The notes beneath the pieces were generated by a model. The model made no database searches and was not told the DNA's origin. It saw only the letters and a program-made list of their open reading frames with translations. A DNA stretch of 64,000 nucleotides. Source: Tubiluchus corallicola. Taxonomy: Eukaryota > Animalia > Priapulida. The position numbers were made by a program, and so were the translations under genes. Numbering within the stretch: position 1 is the stretch's first letter; each line of letters opens with the position of its first letter. Positions 13,501-25,500 of the stretch are shown piece after piece. The stretch covers positions 620,001 to 684,000 of the forward strand of contig JAQGDQ010000018.1 of the NCBI GenBank assembly GCA_030141605.1, read 5' to 3'.

Positions 13501-16500
13501 GTTTATGTCCTGTTACTAGGATGTTGATCTGTTCAAAGTAGCACATTGTTGTATTTTGCTGTCAACCGGAGCTTGGCCTTAAAACAAGAGCTAGATCATA
13601 ATGATACTGCTCTGTCCTAATTATTTGCTGGTACGAGAGGCATTTGTCCTTAATAGCTTAATGGTAAAAGACTGCATTTACAAACAAACAAACAACCAAC
13701 CTCGCAGATATGTTTATAAAGTTACTGTGCGCGTCTTTATTATAACTTCTCACAAGAATGCGCAGTTTAATAAATATGTATGTTTTGATAACATAGTTTA
13801 GTGTGCTATTAATTTACCACTCGTAAACAATCAAATTGAACGTGTTTACATAATTATTCTGATTGCGTCGCAAATGACCGGTTGTTGCAAGGACAGAAAG
13901 TGCTTATGAAGCATTAGTAAATATCATAGCATTCCTGTTTCATACACCTAAATTTTTCTCACATTTACGCCCGCTTATGTTCTAGTTTTTTCTGCTTAAT
14001 TTAGATTCTCTCGTACATCGACCCGAACTTGTTTCAGTTTAGTTTATTACGTAACAATCGTGAATCATACTTATAAAAGACAACAATAGAACGAAGCACT
14101 CAAATAATTCGTTTTTTAAGGGCGTCGGGCCAAATGAGCACCAACAGCCACAGAATACAAAAATTACGCTTCCGAAATCTCTTGCTGGCGATTCCGCACT
14201 ATTCATGTTTCCACGAACAATGTCCCACATCGGGAAAAGCCCTTTTTAAACTTGCCAATTCCGCTGCTTGTATATATTGCTTGTTATTCGGTAACTGCTT
14301 GTGGCGTGTTAAAAGCTGCGCTTGTCTTGTAATGCCGTGCACCAACACCTAGGGTCGGTTTCACAAAGCCGTCACTAAGTTAATGACGTCGTTATTACAT
14401 TCACTTAACTATTTATAACGACCTCGTTAAGTTAGTCATTGTTTTATGAAACTTAGTTCTGGATTTTGAAGATTTATTTTCACTTTTCGCTATAAGAGTG
14501 ACTGGACTATGAATAGAAGCAGTCATTTAATATTAAGCGAATTTTACTGTTATACATTGTCATGAGGATGAATAATAAGTAAATGAAAACTATAAAATAC
14601 AGTTTATAATTCATGTAATGTGTGCTTATAACTAGCCTGAGTTCAAATTTGTAATCAGAGTATTATGCGCAGATGGTGTCAAATTGTGCTATCTTAATTT
14701 GCAACACGTGATGACCTGTGCTCTTGACCTTTTACTCAACCTTAAAGCATATCATTTTCATTAAAACGTATCATTCGAATTCCAAACGGAAGCAAGTAGT
14801 TAATTTTCAACATGGAAATCGTACCACATGACAATTTGGATGCTGCCCAATAACAGGTTTTACGTTTTTATGTTTTTATACGAAAACCAGTTTTGAATTG
14901 ATCAGAAATCATTAATATCCAGATCTTTAAGTGAGAATTTAATTTTGTTCTTATTGTTGTCAGTACATCATGCGTTTGAGAAAAATTCCTGGAATTATTT
15001 GACATTAACTTATTCAGCACAAGAATATAAGCTTGTGTTTGGTTTTTCAAATTCTAAGACCATCAGATGCCCTAGCAGTAAGCGAAAAATATTATTATTA
15101 CATTTTAGATTTATTTACTTCAAGGAATCTTTATGACAAGTCGGATGCTGTTTTGTTCATGCAAGGATTCGGTTGTACAAATTTTTGTTTTGATCAAACT
15201 AAAATCATGATTTCAATACTTCGTCTGTTTGACCTTGATTTTATTACTTTGTAAGTTTGTGTTTCCTAAACTGGTTTCTAATGGGAATTACAATTTCATT
15301 TCGTTTCATTTAGATGCACATCACTGTTTTATTATCTCTTGGTTGTGCGGTGAGCGTATCCTTTAATTGTTTGGTATAATGTCAATATTTTCACGCTGCG
15401 CTGCTAATAAAGTTAAGTGTTTCACTGAAGTTCAAGGATAACTACCCGGCCGGTTTAGATGCTATTTTTTGCATGTAATTATATTTTCGTTGCTTAAGAG
15501 AGGCGTGAAGACTCTGCTGGGCGTTTTTGTATCAAACAACGTAATACATTTACGCCTCCACCCAGCATTCAAAACGTGAAACTCAGAATTCTAATTGAAG
15601 TGGGAAAATTCCTTTTGTGTAAAATTAAATCCAGTAGAATTTAAGCGTGCACGTTTGTGCGCTCAAGTTTCTGCTCATGCTTACCGATTTCAAACTGCTT
15701 ATTGAAATAGAGCCTTTCCATATATATGCAGGAAGTGCAGGAGAGTTTAATTATTTTCTTCACTGAAAAGTTTTATAACTTCTCTTGAACAGTTTGTGTG
15801 TATTGTAATATTTATAGTCAATACTGCAGTTTGATGACTTTCATTATTGTTTGCCAAGATGGGTGAACGTTATTAACATTTACTGTCACCGTGACCTGGC
15901 AAAATGAATTTATAGCAGATGAAATGTAAACTAAAATTCGTTAGTAAATCTTTGCTACATAATAATAAAAAAACTGTAATTTTTCACTTGCCAGAAAATA
16001 AATTATCTGTGTTGGTTTACCGATATCCCCGTTTTCACCACAGAATACCTAAAATATTCAGTTTGATTATGCACTTGTATGACGCTGATCAAGTGATTAT
16101 GAAAACGTAGACGAAAAGCTTACTTGGTTCCTACTAGTTCGATATGTTTTCCGTGTTCTAGATTGTTCAAGCTCATTGCGCGGGTGTCCTATCATTTACT
16201 ATTGCATTATGGATCGATTTGAATACCTTAAAAACAAACATCTTTGAGGCAAAAAATAGCAAGATCGTTGCAGACAATGACAAACTAGACGTATGTGCGT
16301 ATTTGCAAACACTTCACATGTGCCTTTCATGTTACTGCTGCCGCAAATGGCCTAAAGAGTAAGTTTTTGAATACTGGGTCAAGTATAATTTCGCATAATT
16401 TTAACTAACTTGCACTTACTGCATTAGTACAATTTCGGCAGTTTGAGTGGTGTTGAAAATGAAATGTAGTTCAATGACTTTTCTGCTTTAAAAACGTCTG

Positions 16501-19500
16501 ACAAAAGGCTTGTAAACTGTATCCACTTTTTTGTGCAAGGTCTGGGGTCTTCACTTCGTGTGGATTCGTATAATTACGTACATGTAGATCTACATCGCTA
16601 TTAACTTGCAGTAAGAGTCCACGCTCTTGTTTATGTAGAACGAGACTAAAACATTTTAACTTGTTTTGCAAACAACTAAAAGCTTGCAAAGCTGTTTCTA
16701 ATGCTAACAGTTTCCAGTGACACCGCATGCGTTCTGAGGATATGGGAGTGTATAATGTCCCGGATTCTCTACATTCACAAATATTATAATACTCGCATGC
16801 ACACATCACGTGCACTAACCTTATCTGTGCAAACAGGTTCTCTGGGAGACAGGTTTAATATCTTTTTACCTGTGCACTTAATTGAACCCTTGATGTAATC
16901 GTGCGTGGTGTCAATTTTAAAGCGCAAAGGCAAGAGTTATGCGCCATCAGTTGACTTGCAGTCACCAAACACGAGGTACAAACGTGGCTTGAGCGCCCGA
17001 AGAAAGCACCTGATCTCATAACAACCGAATCGATATCTCATTAGAAAGAGTGACTGGGATTAGAAAGTGTGACTGGGATATGGAAAGAGGATTTCGTTTG
17101 GTTCAGATATTAGAGCATCAGCGCAAATGCTGTTGTAGTCCAATGGCAGAAGTGTTTCATAGAAGCATTTCCAAGGAAGCGCTACATGAACGTCTGCGAG
17201 AGATGAATGGTATTTTTCTGAACGTGTAAAACCATTAAGCGAACTTTTAGCAAGAATGTTCACAGTGTAAAAGAAATGGACAAGTGGGTATCAGTATTGG
17301 CAACGATTTTCTGGACATCAAGTTGAAAGAAATCGTCTTTCATAATAGACTTCGAGTTGTTACATGTTTATGTTTTGACCACGTCTGCTTTTGCTTTGGA
17401 ACAGTTTTGACTGGTCAGATTAAATTGTAATGGATGACTCGATTGCTATAAAACGTTGAAGCTTACTTAGCACAATAAGATACTTTTCATACAATGTATT
17501 CTGATTTGGGAGATATGGAGGGCTTAGATATAGAACTATGTATTCAGCTTATGTCTCGAGAAGACAAAATGCATTATGCTGAGCATCACATGTCGGGTTT
17601 TCTCGTTGGTGAGTTTCAAGTATTTCTACAAAAATGTAAGGCGGCACTTCTGCCATAAGATTGATTTCCTTACTCACTCAGTTTCCACATACTAAGGGGA
17701 CGGTTTCAATTTTTAAAAGTGATGGGAGAGCTAGTTTTGAGTCTAATTTACACTAGCTACTTCAATAGCTTGGAGCTGAAGCTTATGAACTTCGAATTAA
17801 AAATATCTAATTAAAAGTGATCCATCTTTTGGCAAAACACAGTTAAACGTTTTAACCAACGCTGCGTAATTCATTGAGTAAAAGGCAGGTTCTCATGTTA
17901 AATAATTATACCTCTGTTTTGCAAGTGAAATAGCAGCTGTTTATGGTGTAAAAGCAACGAAGTTGTATTGAAAATGGAATCACAAGTTTGCAGCCCTGTC
18001 TTGCTCTCTCTTGCTGTCAACTAGTATAGTCCATTTTCAACAGGCGGTATAAATTGCATGGTAGTAGAAGCATAGGGCGCATGCGTGTCCAATGCAAGAT
18101 TTTGTATTCACATGTCACCTTATCGTTTGTTCCTAAAATCTTAAAGCACTAGATTTATTACCTAGTCAATTACATTATTGTTAGAAAGTTTGCCGTTTTT
18201 TCGAGCGCCATCGTGTGCCACTTAGCTTGAAGTCTAGTATAGAGTCAGAAAGGCTTGTATTCGTCATATTATTCTGTGAATGGTTTGGGTACATTTGCTG
18301 CTCATAGGAAGAAACAGTGTAACTTGAGCGACAGTACAATTGACTATGAAAAACGATTGTCGTAAAAATAAAAGGCAACCACCGTCCTTTTTGCTTATGA
18401 TATCAATAACAGAATGATTATGCTGTTTTATGTAGTGAAATGTAGTATGTATTCATTAACGTAGATGCCTGCACAAACATTAAATCGTTAAGTGTCTTTA
18501 ATGATATAATTAGGCCTTGTGATAAAAATGTGCAAACACTGGAAAACAATTTTTGTTTCAAAATTTAGGAAACAAATTTTTATGACTTTTTTATTAAATA
18601 GGTCAAATCTCATTTTCTGCCAAAAGTTCAGAAACCCATTGTTTTTTCTAAGAGTGCACAAAATACCACCCCCTGGAGAGATGACACGTATCAGTCTTTT
18701 ATAGCATTTCTTCACCCAGAAATCTTGATGTTTTCTTTTAATGTAGATATTAGGCAAAATGATCTAAAAAATTTAAATTTGGGAATTTAAATATGTTACA
18801 GGTCTTTTATTAGACATTTGAATCTAGATGTTGCTCACGTTGGCAGCTGTTTGAGCATGTCTTGTGAAAACGTTAACTGAAATTCTGAACTACTCAGGCA
18901 TTATCATCATCATTGAATCATTACTGCAAATTTGGTACAATGTGCAGCTAAGTTTACCTATTTTCTGTCTGAGATGGTTCTTGCTGACATGAAATAATAC
19001 TTAATATACAGTAGCATTTTTTCATTTTTGAAAATTTTCTTTTGTCGTGCAGATTATGTATCAACTACATATTTCCCTGGCCACAATTTTTTGCTTCTTT
19101 TATATTTTGGAACGTTTTTCAAGTAACAGATGGCAGCACGAACATAGTTAAGTTAGTTCTAAGCATGATAGCTAAAACTCATTGATCCAACGTGACTGAT
19201 GTGCTTATATAAAAAAGGGTCAAAATTTATTAACGTGTAATGAGAATTTGTGTATTAATAATAAGTTAATAAATTATTTTTATATTGATGGTAGTCCATA
19301 TTTTAATATTTTAAATCACACCGCACATTTTCCTGTTTGCAGCATTAGGTGTTTTTACTACTGGTTTACATAATGCAGATTTTTTTGTAATCAACCGCTA
19401 TTCAGTGAAATTGTGTGGACTTAACACTAATTTAAGTGTAATTTTTTTCAGCTCTCTGTGCAGAGCGAGTATCTCAGATGACAAGGACTTATGATGACAT

Positions 19501-22500
19501 TAATGCAGTAACTCGATTATTGGAGGAGGTAAGATCATTACAATGAAATTTTCACTTTGCATTTATGGCTCTTAATTTATGCATTTACAAATCACAATGG
19601 TAAATTTGAAATTATGTACTTTTGATCCTACATGTCTGTCACATTTTTTACTACCCAGTAGGCTAGATAAGGCAAATACAGAATCTTCACTTGCATAAAC
19701 CATGATTTAAGAGAAAAATTTACCCCCCTCTCCTTTTAATTCTAACCTGTTTTACTACATATAGTACTTCAGTGAGTGAATATGTCATCATAATTAGCCT
19801 ATGCACTTTAAGCAGTTGAATAATTAACCATTATCTCGTAAATTGACTCCTGAACATTATTGCATCAGTTTGAGGACAGAGGATTTTACAGTAACTGCTC
19901 ACATGGCACTGAATCTCAGATATTGGCAAAGTTGGTCTTTAAGTTAGCCTTTGAAAACTGCTTGAATTCTCCTTAGATGCACTTACTAAATTACATGCTC
20001 AAAGGTATTGAGCTATCTTCTATGGAAACACATCATTCTATTGTCATTCCGCACATGTGGAGTATACAGAGAAATTGTATTTGCAACTTCAATGAAATTA
20101 CTACTCGAGAAATAACTTAGAACAGGTTCCCTTAACTTGATCAAGAGAAGCATATATAGAATGACTCGTCATTATTTTATATCAGTTTTTATATACTGGT
20201 AAAAAGGCTGTTTTCTTCTAACACAGGGGCTCAAGTAAATACGATTTTCAATGCCTTTTAGTAACTTATCAGTAACCGTAATAATGATGATGATGATGAT
20301 GAATGCCACTGGTCATCTGACGATGGTGATAATAATTAGTTGGTGTCATGATGATGTTAGTAGGCCACAACAACTGCTTGCTGCTATATATGTCTGCTGG
20401 CAAATGGCTTCTGCACTTTTTTCTCGTTTTCGTTTTGTGCCACTAAAAACAAAAAGAAATGCAAATTTATGATTGATGTGCAAAAAGGAAGCAATGCTAA
20501 AGTTATGGTAGTTCAGCAATGAGCAGTGTAATATCTCAACAAGAAAGTCTTGAAGCTTTTTGTAGTGTGCAAATAGTTTGTGAAATTTATGCACTGTAGA
20601 TAATACTTAAAACTTGAAGCTCCTTTAATTTAAGTCTACTAAATATTCGGACCTCAATTTAGAGTCTCCAAGGTGAGAAAATTGGCTTGGCAAGATGAGC
20701 AATGGGCGAAACCACACTCACAGACCAAACTGCAATGAAAGAATGATGATTATTACCTTGCAGGCTCTAGACTGCAGTAAAACATTTAGTGATTTTAAAA
20801 TAACAAGATTAAGCCAGTAGATCAGTTTATTCATTTATTTATTACATTACCTAACTGTAGCTCATCTAAACTTAAAGCTGTTTTCTGTCCTTACTAAAAT
20901 CACATATCTTAATAAAATTATAATTGTTTTTCCTGATTTGCTGTTTAAGCGAATCTCTGATATTTATTTGGTATTTTGATCTAATATTTGATTTGCTTTA
21001 TTCTTTAGTTGTATAAAATAAGACAGTACATCAAATTCTAAATTTCTTGTTTTAGCAAAATGTTTATTATGCTTCATCCCAGTAACTTCTGTGTACACCA
21101 AAGGCATATCTGATTAACTGCCCACTTTCAGAATTTCTAATCTCAGGTGGAATTTGGCCTTCTGCTAATCTTTCTCTAACTTCTCTTGGGAGAGTTCTAG
21201 GGTCGATCACAACAACATGTCCTCTGCCATATATGGCAAGTGATGGTTCTGGAGTTGCACTAACCTGATGTGTTCCAGTGAATATTCCACTATCCGGTTG
21301 TGATGGCGAGTCCTCTCCTCCATAACGTACATCGTAGTTTATAATTACCGGACGTTGTGCAACTGTTTCGTCTGATTGAGAAGGAGCTGCATTCAGTACT
21401 CTTGTGGTTCTAACAGGTGGCTCTGAAGTACTTTCCACTGTTGTCACTACTTGTGCTTCGGTTTCCTGCTCTACCTTCTCTGTGGTTCCTTCAGTTGTGG
21501 TTTCGGTCAAAAATTCAGTAACTGTTTCAGTTTCAGTTTCTTCAGTTGTGGTCGTTCTCGTTGTCGACTGTGGCTTAGTAGTTGTAGTCTCCGTTGTTGA
21601 TTCTGTAGTAAAGGTGGTGAATTCTGTTGTCAAATCAGTTGTTGCCTCCTCTTCTGCTTTAAGAGCTACTATTTTTGGAACTCTGCTTAAATTGTCTGAT
21701 TCTTCTTGGGCTTGTACTGCTCCTTTTCTTCTGTTTCCTCTTGCATTACTTGCTCCCTCATTCGTGGAGGTGTCTTCACCACCTATTCTTATCAACAGAG
21801 GCCTTAATCGGATTGGTTGAGCATTAATTTCGGTTTTTTGATTATTTCTTTCTATGCTCTTGTATGTTTCTCGTAGTCTTGACGTTGTAGTTGTTTTTTG
21901 ACTTACTGCCCGACTGCGCAACTTCCTTTGATTTTGTGGTCGTCGTTGTCTAGTTCTTCTTGTATTTTGAGCAGAGGCATTGTCTTCTAGTCGTATTGCC
22001 AAAGGGTCAATTCCTTTATTGAATGTAATTAGTTCTGCTGGATTAAATTCTAAGTAACTTTCACCATCGGGTTGCAAGTCCTCTACCGTAAGTTTTCTGT
22101 GCTTTTGCTGAATTCTTCTTCTTTTGTTTGACTTGCTTTGCCTTTGAGTAGGAAATTTCACGTTTTGTCTTCTGGGTGTAGAATTAGTACCTACTCTTGA
22201 GTTGGTTTGGGCCCCATCATTTGAATCAACTTGTTTCTTGATAACACGAATAATTCGTTTTCGATGCCTTTTTGCTGGTCTGGTAGTGGATGGTTCTGGC
22301 GTAGTAGTTGTACGAATGCGAATGCGTTTTCGCCGTCCTTTTGTTGTTTGTGGTGAATTGGTTGTAGTTGTTTTGTCAGCTTCCTGTATACTACTCAGTG
22401 CACTGATTCTATGAGTTTCCTCTTTTACTCTTGCTAAAGCAGCCTGCAAGGGATCAGTAACATTAGAAGATTTCACACTGACCATAACAGATGTCATATT

Positions 22501-25500
22501 ATGTTTCTTGTCTTTCATCATCTCTGCATCTGCTCTCTGTGCATAATATTCGTACAGACTAGGTTCACGAGGTGGGGGAGGTGGTGGACGAGCTGAAATG
22601 TGAATAGCTTGAGAATAAAATCCCGGAGGGTTGTTTAGACCTCCTCGGGTCGGTTGAAGGGTATGAGAACTAGATACACTTGTAACAGCTGGAAACAGCA
22701 ATGGCGATAAAGCATCTTCAAGAACAGGATCTACTGGAGCCGGTCCTCCTAGATGACTGACAGCACTATATCCTGCCTGATGGTTTGAACGAAGATGTCC
22801 TTGTTGATATCTTGGCTGGCTTGCTGGATATTGTCCATTTTGATACCGAACTGCTTGACTTTGGACAGGGGCAGCAAGGTGTAGCTGATGTGGTGCTGGT
22901 TGTCTGTATTGTTGGTAGTCACCTTGACTAGGATAAATTTGTCTGCTGTACACGGGAGGACTGTTCAAGTAGGCTGGTGGAGGACCTCGGTTGTAAGGTG
23001 CTGGATGGGTATGATATACAGCTGTAACAAAAAAGAATATTTTCAGTATTTTGAGTAGTGATATATATGTGTAGAAGTAGAAAACCTTAACGTTATTAAT
23101 AAATTGTTAAAACTTTTCCGTGAAATAATTGTCAAAATTATTCTTAAAATGAAAAACTGTACTTTACTATTTCAGTTGGCATTTTATCTTAAATAATTTT
23201 TGTACGTAACTTTATTACGTATTTGACCTCATGTAAACTAGATAAAAAATCAAAGGCATGTCTTGAGTTTTTTGAAACCATCTATTAAAAAATCTTTCAC
23301 AGCTGCGAGGATTGTTCTTTCACAAGTATACCCACAAGAGGATGTGGCAATAGGGGAAATATTGTTTCCTCCTGTCGTATTCCTCTTAACATACCAGGAT
23401 TGGCGAGACAAAACATATTTCACAGCATAGTGGAACATGGAATGAGACTACATAATCAACATGTGGTATAACTTGGTATCAGTCTTTAAATGCGTGAGAC
23501 TGACTAAAAAGTACTAGGACATGTCCTCACTGAGTTATGCTGTCATTTACTGTAGCTAGATTATGCCACAGACATTTGCTTGTTTAGTAGCCTGCTGGAA
23601 GCTTTTATAATTAAAGCATTAACCACATTAATATTGTTAAAAATAATTACATTTACGTTTAGCATATGGATGCAACCAAAGTTGAGTATACAGAGTACGG
23701 TTTATAGGGTGCACATGCATCCAGTTTCTGCGATGGTGAAATGTGTGCCATGGAGCATTCTCGATGTTGTGTCTTGTTCAAGCTATGCTTGTTTTGTGTA
23801 AATGCTTTGAACATAAAAAATCACACGATTAGAAAAAAGGAAAAAGAAATAAAGTTTTGAATGCGACTGTAATTCTTCTTCAGGTGAACATAAAAAGAGA
23901 ATGAACAGAGTTTAAGTTTTAATATTAGTTTCTGTTGTATTCTGTTCCATAAATGTGGCTAGTGATTTTATACTTCTGTGTTTCTCGCTTGTGTTTTTAG
24001 GATATGCTGTGTTATATCTATTTACGTGTATCCTTTTTTGTGTGATATTCTTTTACATTAATAATATACACTGAAAGCTCCCAAAAATAATGGTTTTAGT
24101 AATTTATTGTTATTTTTTCTCTTTTTCGTGTTTTTATGTCACCTGAAGAGCTAAAGTGATAGCTTGAAATGTTGATAGCTTTATTGTTCCTTGTTTTTTA
24201 ATTGTGGAATTTTTTATTCATTGTTATTATTCTTATCAGTAAGAACTAATTTTGTGTGCGCGTGTGCGTGTGTGTCTAAATCCAGAATGTGCGAAATGTA
24301 TGGTAAGTTCTTGCAAGACACACAATGACCATACGTTCTGCACCGTATCTACAGGGTAATTACATACACGTCCTATCGCCGCACATTCTTTATATGCATG
24401 TGTGCGTGCCCTAATATTTATTTCACAAAAAACGAATTCTAGTGTCATACCTTCAGACAGTGTCTTACGGGTAACGGTCTCTCCCACCTGAACCTGATGA
24501 ACGGGAACCCCATAACTAGCGCTTGGTCCATAATTAGCTGGGGGAATTGGGTGTCTGTCTCCATAATTCTCATACGCACCTGCATAAACGTTCCTGTAGT
24601 TTCCCGAAGGACCGTAATTCCTGGGATTGGTAATACCACCAAGCGAAGTACAAGTTGCTGTCACCACGGCTAACGCAGTCAGAAGCAGATGAGTAAAACA
24701 CGCCATTCCTTATGTTTTTAATACACTACCTACGATTTCCAAAACATATTTTGAAGGTTTTTGACGTATTGGCAGCGTAGAATACCAGCTGCAATCGGCT
24801 CCAAAGATTGTAATTCTAAAGCGCTGTGATGTCAGTCTGATATTCAGCCGTAGGCCATCATAAGCTTTCACTTTCCCTTCACAGTAAAATTTACCGTTGA
24901 GAAAGAGCGGCTGACAGTCGTCCTTGGCGTAACTCAAGACAACAAAATCACTTGATTGTTCAGCTTCCTTTCAGTTAGTTACAATAAATGAAAAAACAAA
25001 TGCTGGCCTATATATTATTACACTTCGCGATATAATTCAGCTAACACTAACGTCGATTTCTCTGTCTTATTTAACAACTAAGTGCTTCTTAAAACTGCAA
25101 TGTTTGTACAGAAGCGTTACTTAGCCTTAAAACTATACTTTCTCTGGTTAACTAATTAGTGCACACTATACCTGAAACTGTGATTCTGTCATCGTGTCGT
25201 CAAGCACTTAAAATTACGTTGCTTGCACGATAGTTAAGACAGTTTCAGGTCAGTAGACGCTGGGATGTATATACGTGACACATTAATAACCCGCGGGTGA
25301 TTTCACAAAACACTCAGTTGACTAGTTGTCAATTTATTATTTTATTAAATGCTCAGCGAATTGATCTTGTCGAATGGAAGCGATGGCTATCAGTCTATAA
25401 AAAGATTTTTAATAAATGCCTATGTAATGCCCGCTCATGTGTAAGGGTAAACGGCTGACGTGTTTTTTAAGTGATATTTAATTTGTACATCTTGATCGAC

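Noticed and set aside
16200-16365. GTAAGT donor as a fourth alternative coding first exon
   Set aside because: The ATG-open frame ends in phase 2 and the phase-1 frame has no ATG after its stop; at most a UTR exon.
21404-22414. Plus-strand Val/Ser-rich ORFs (138 and 70 aa)
   Set aside because: Antisense shadows of the Thr-rich nested gene.
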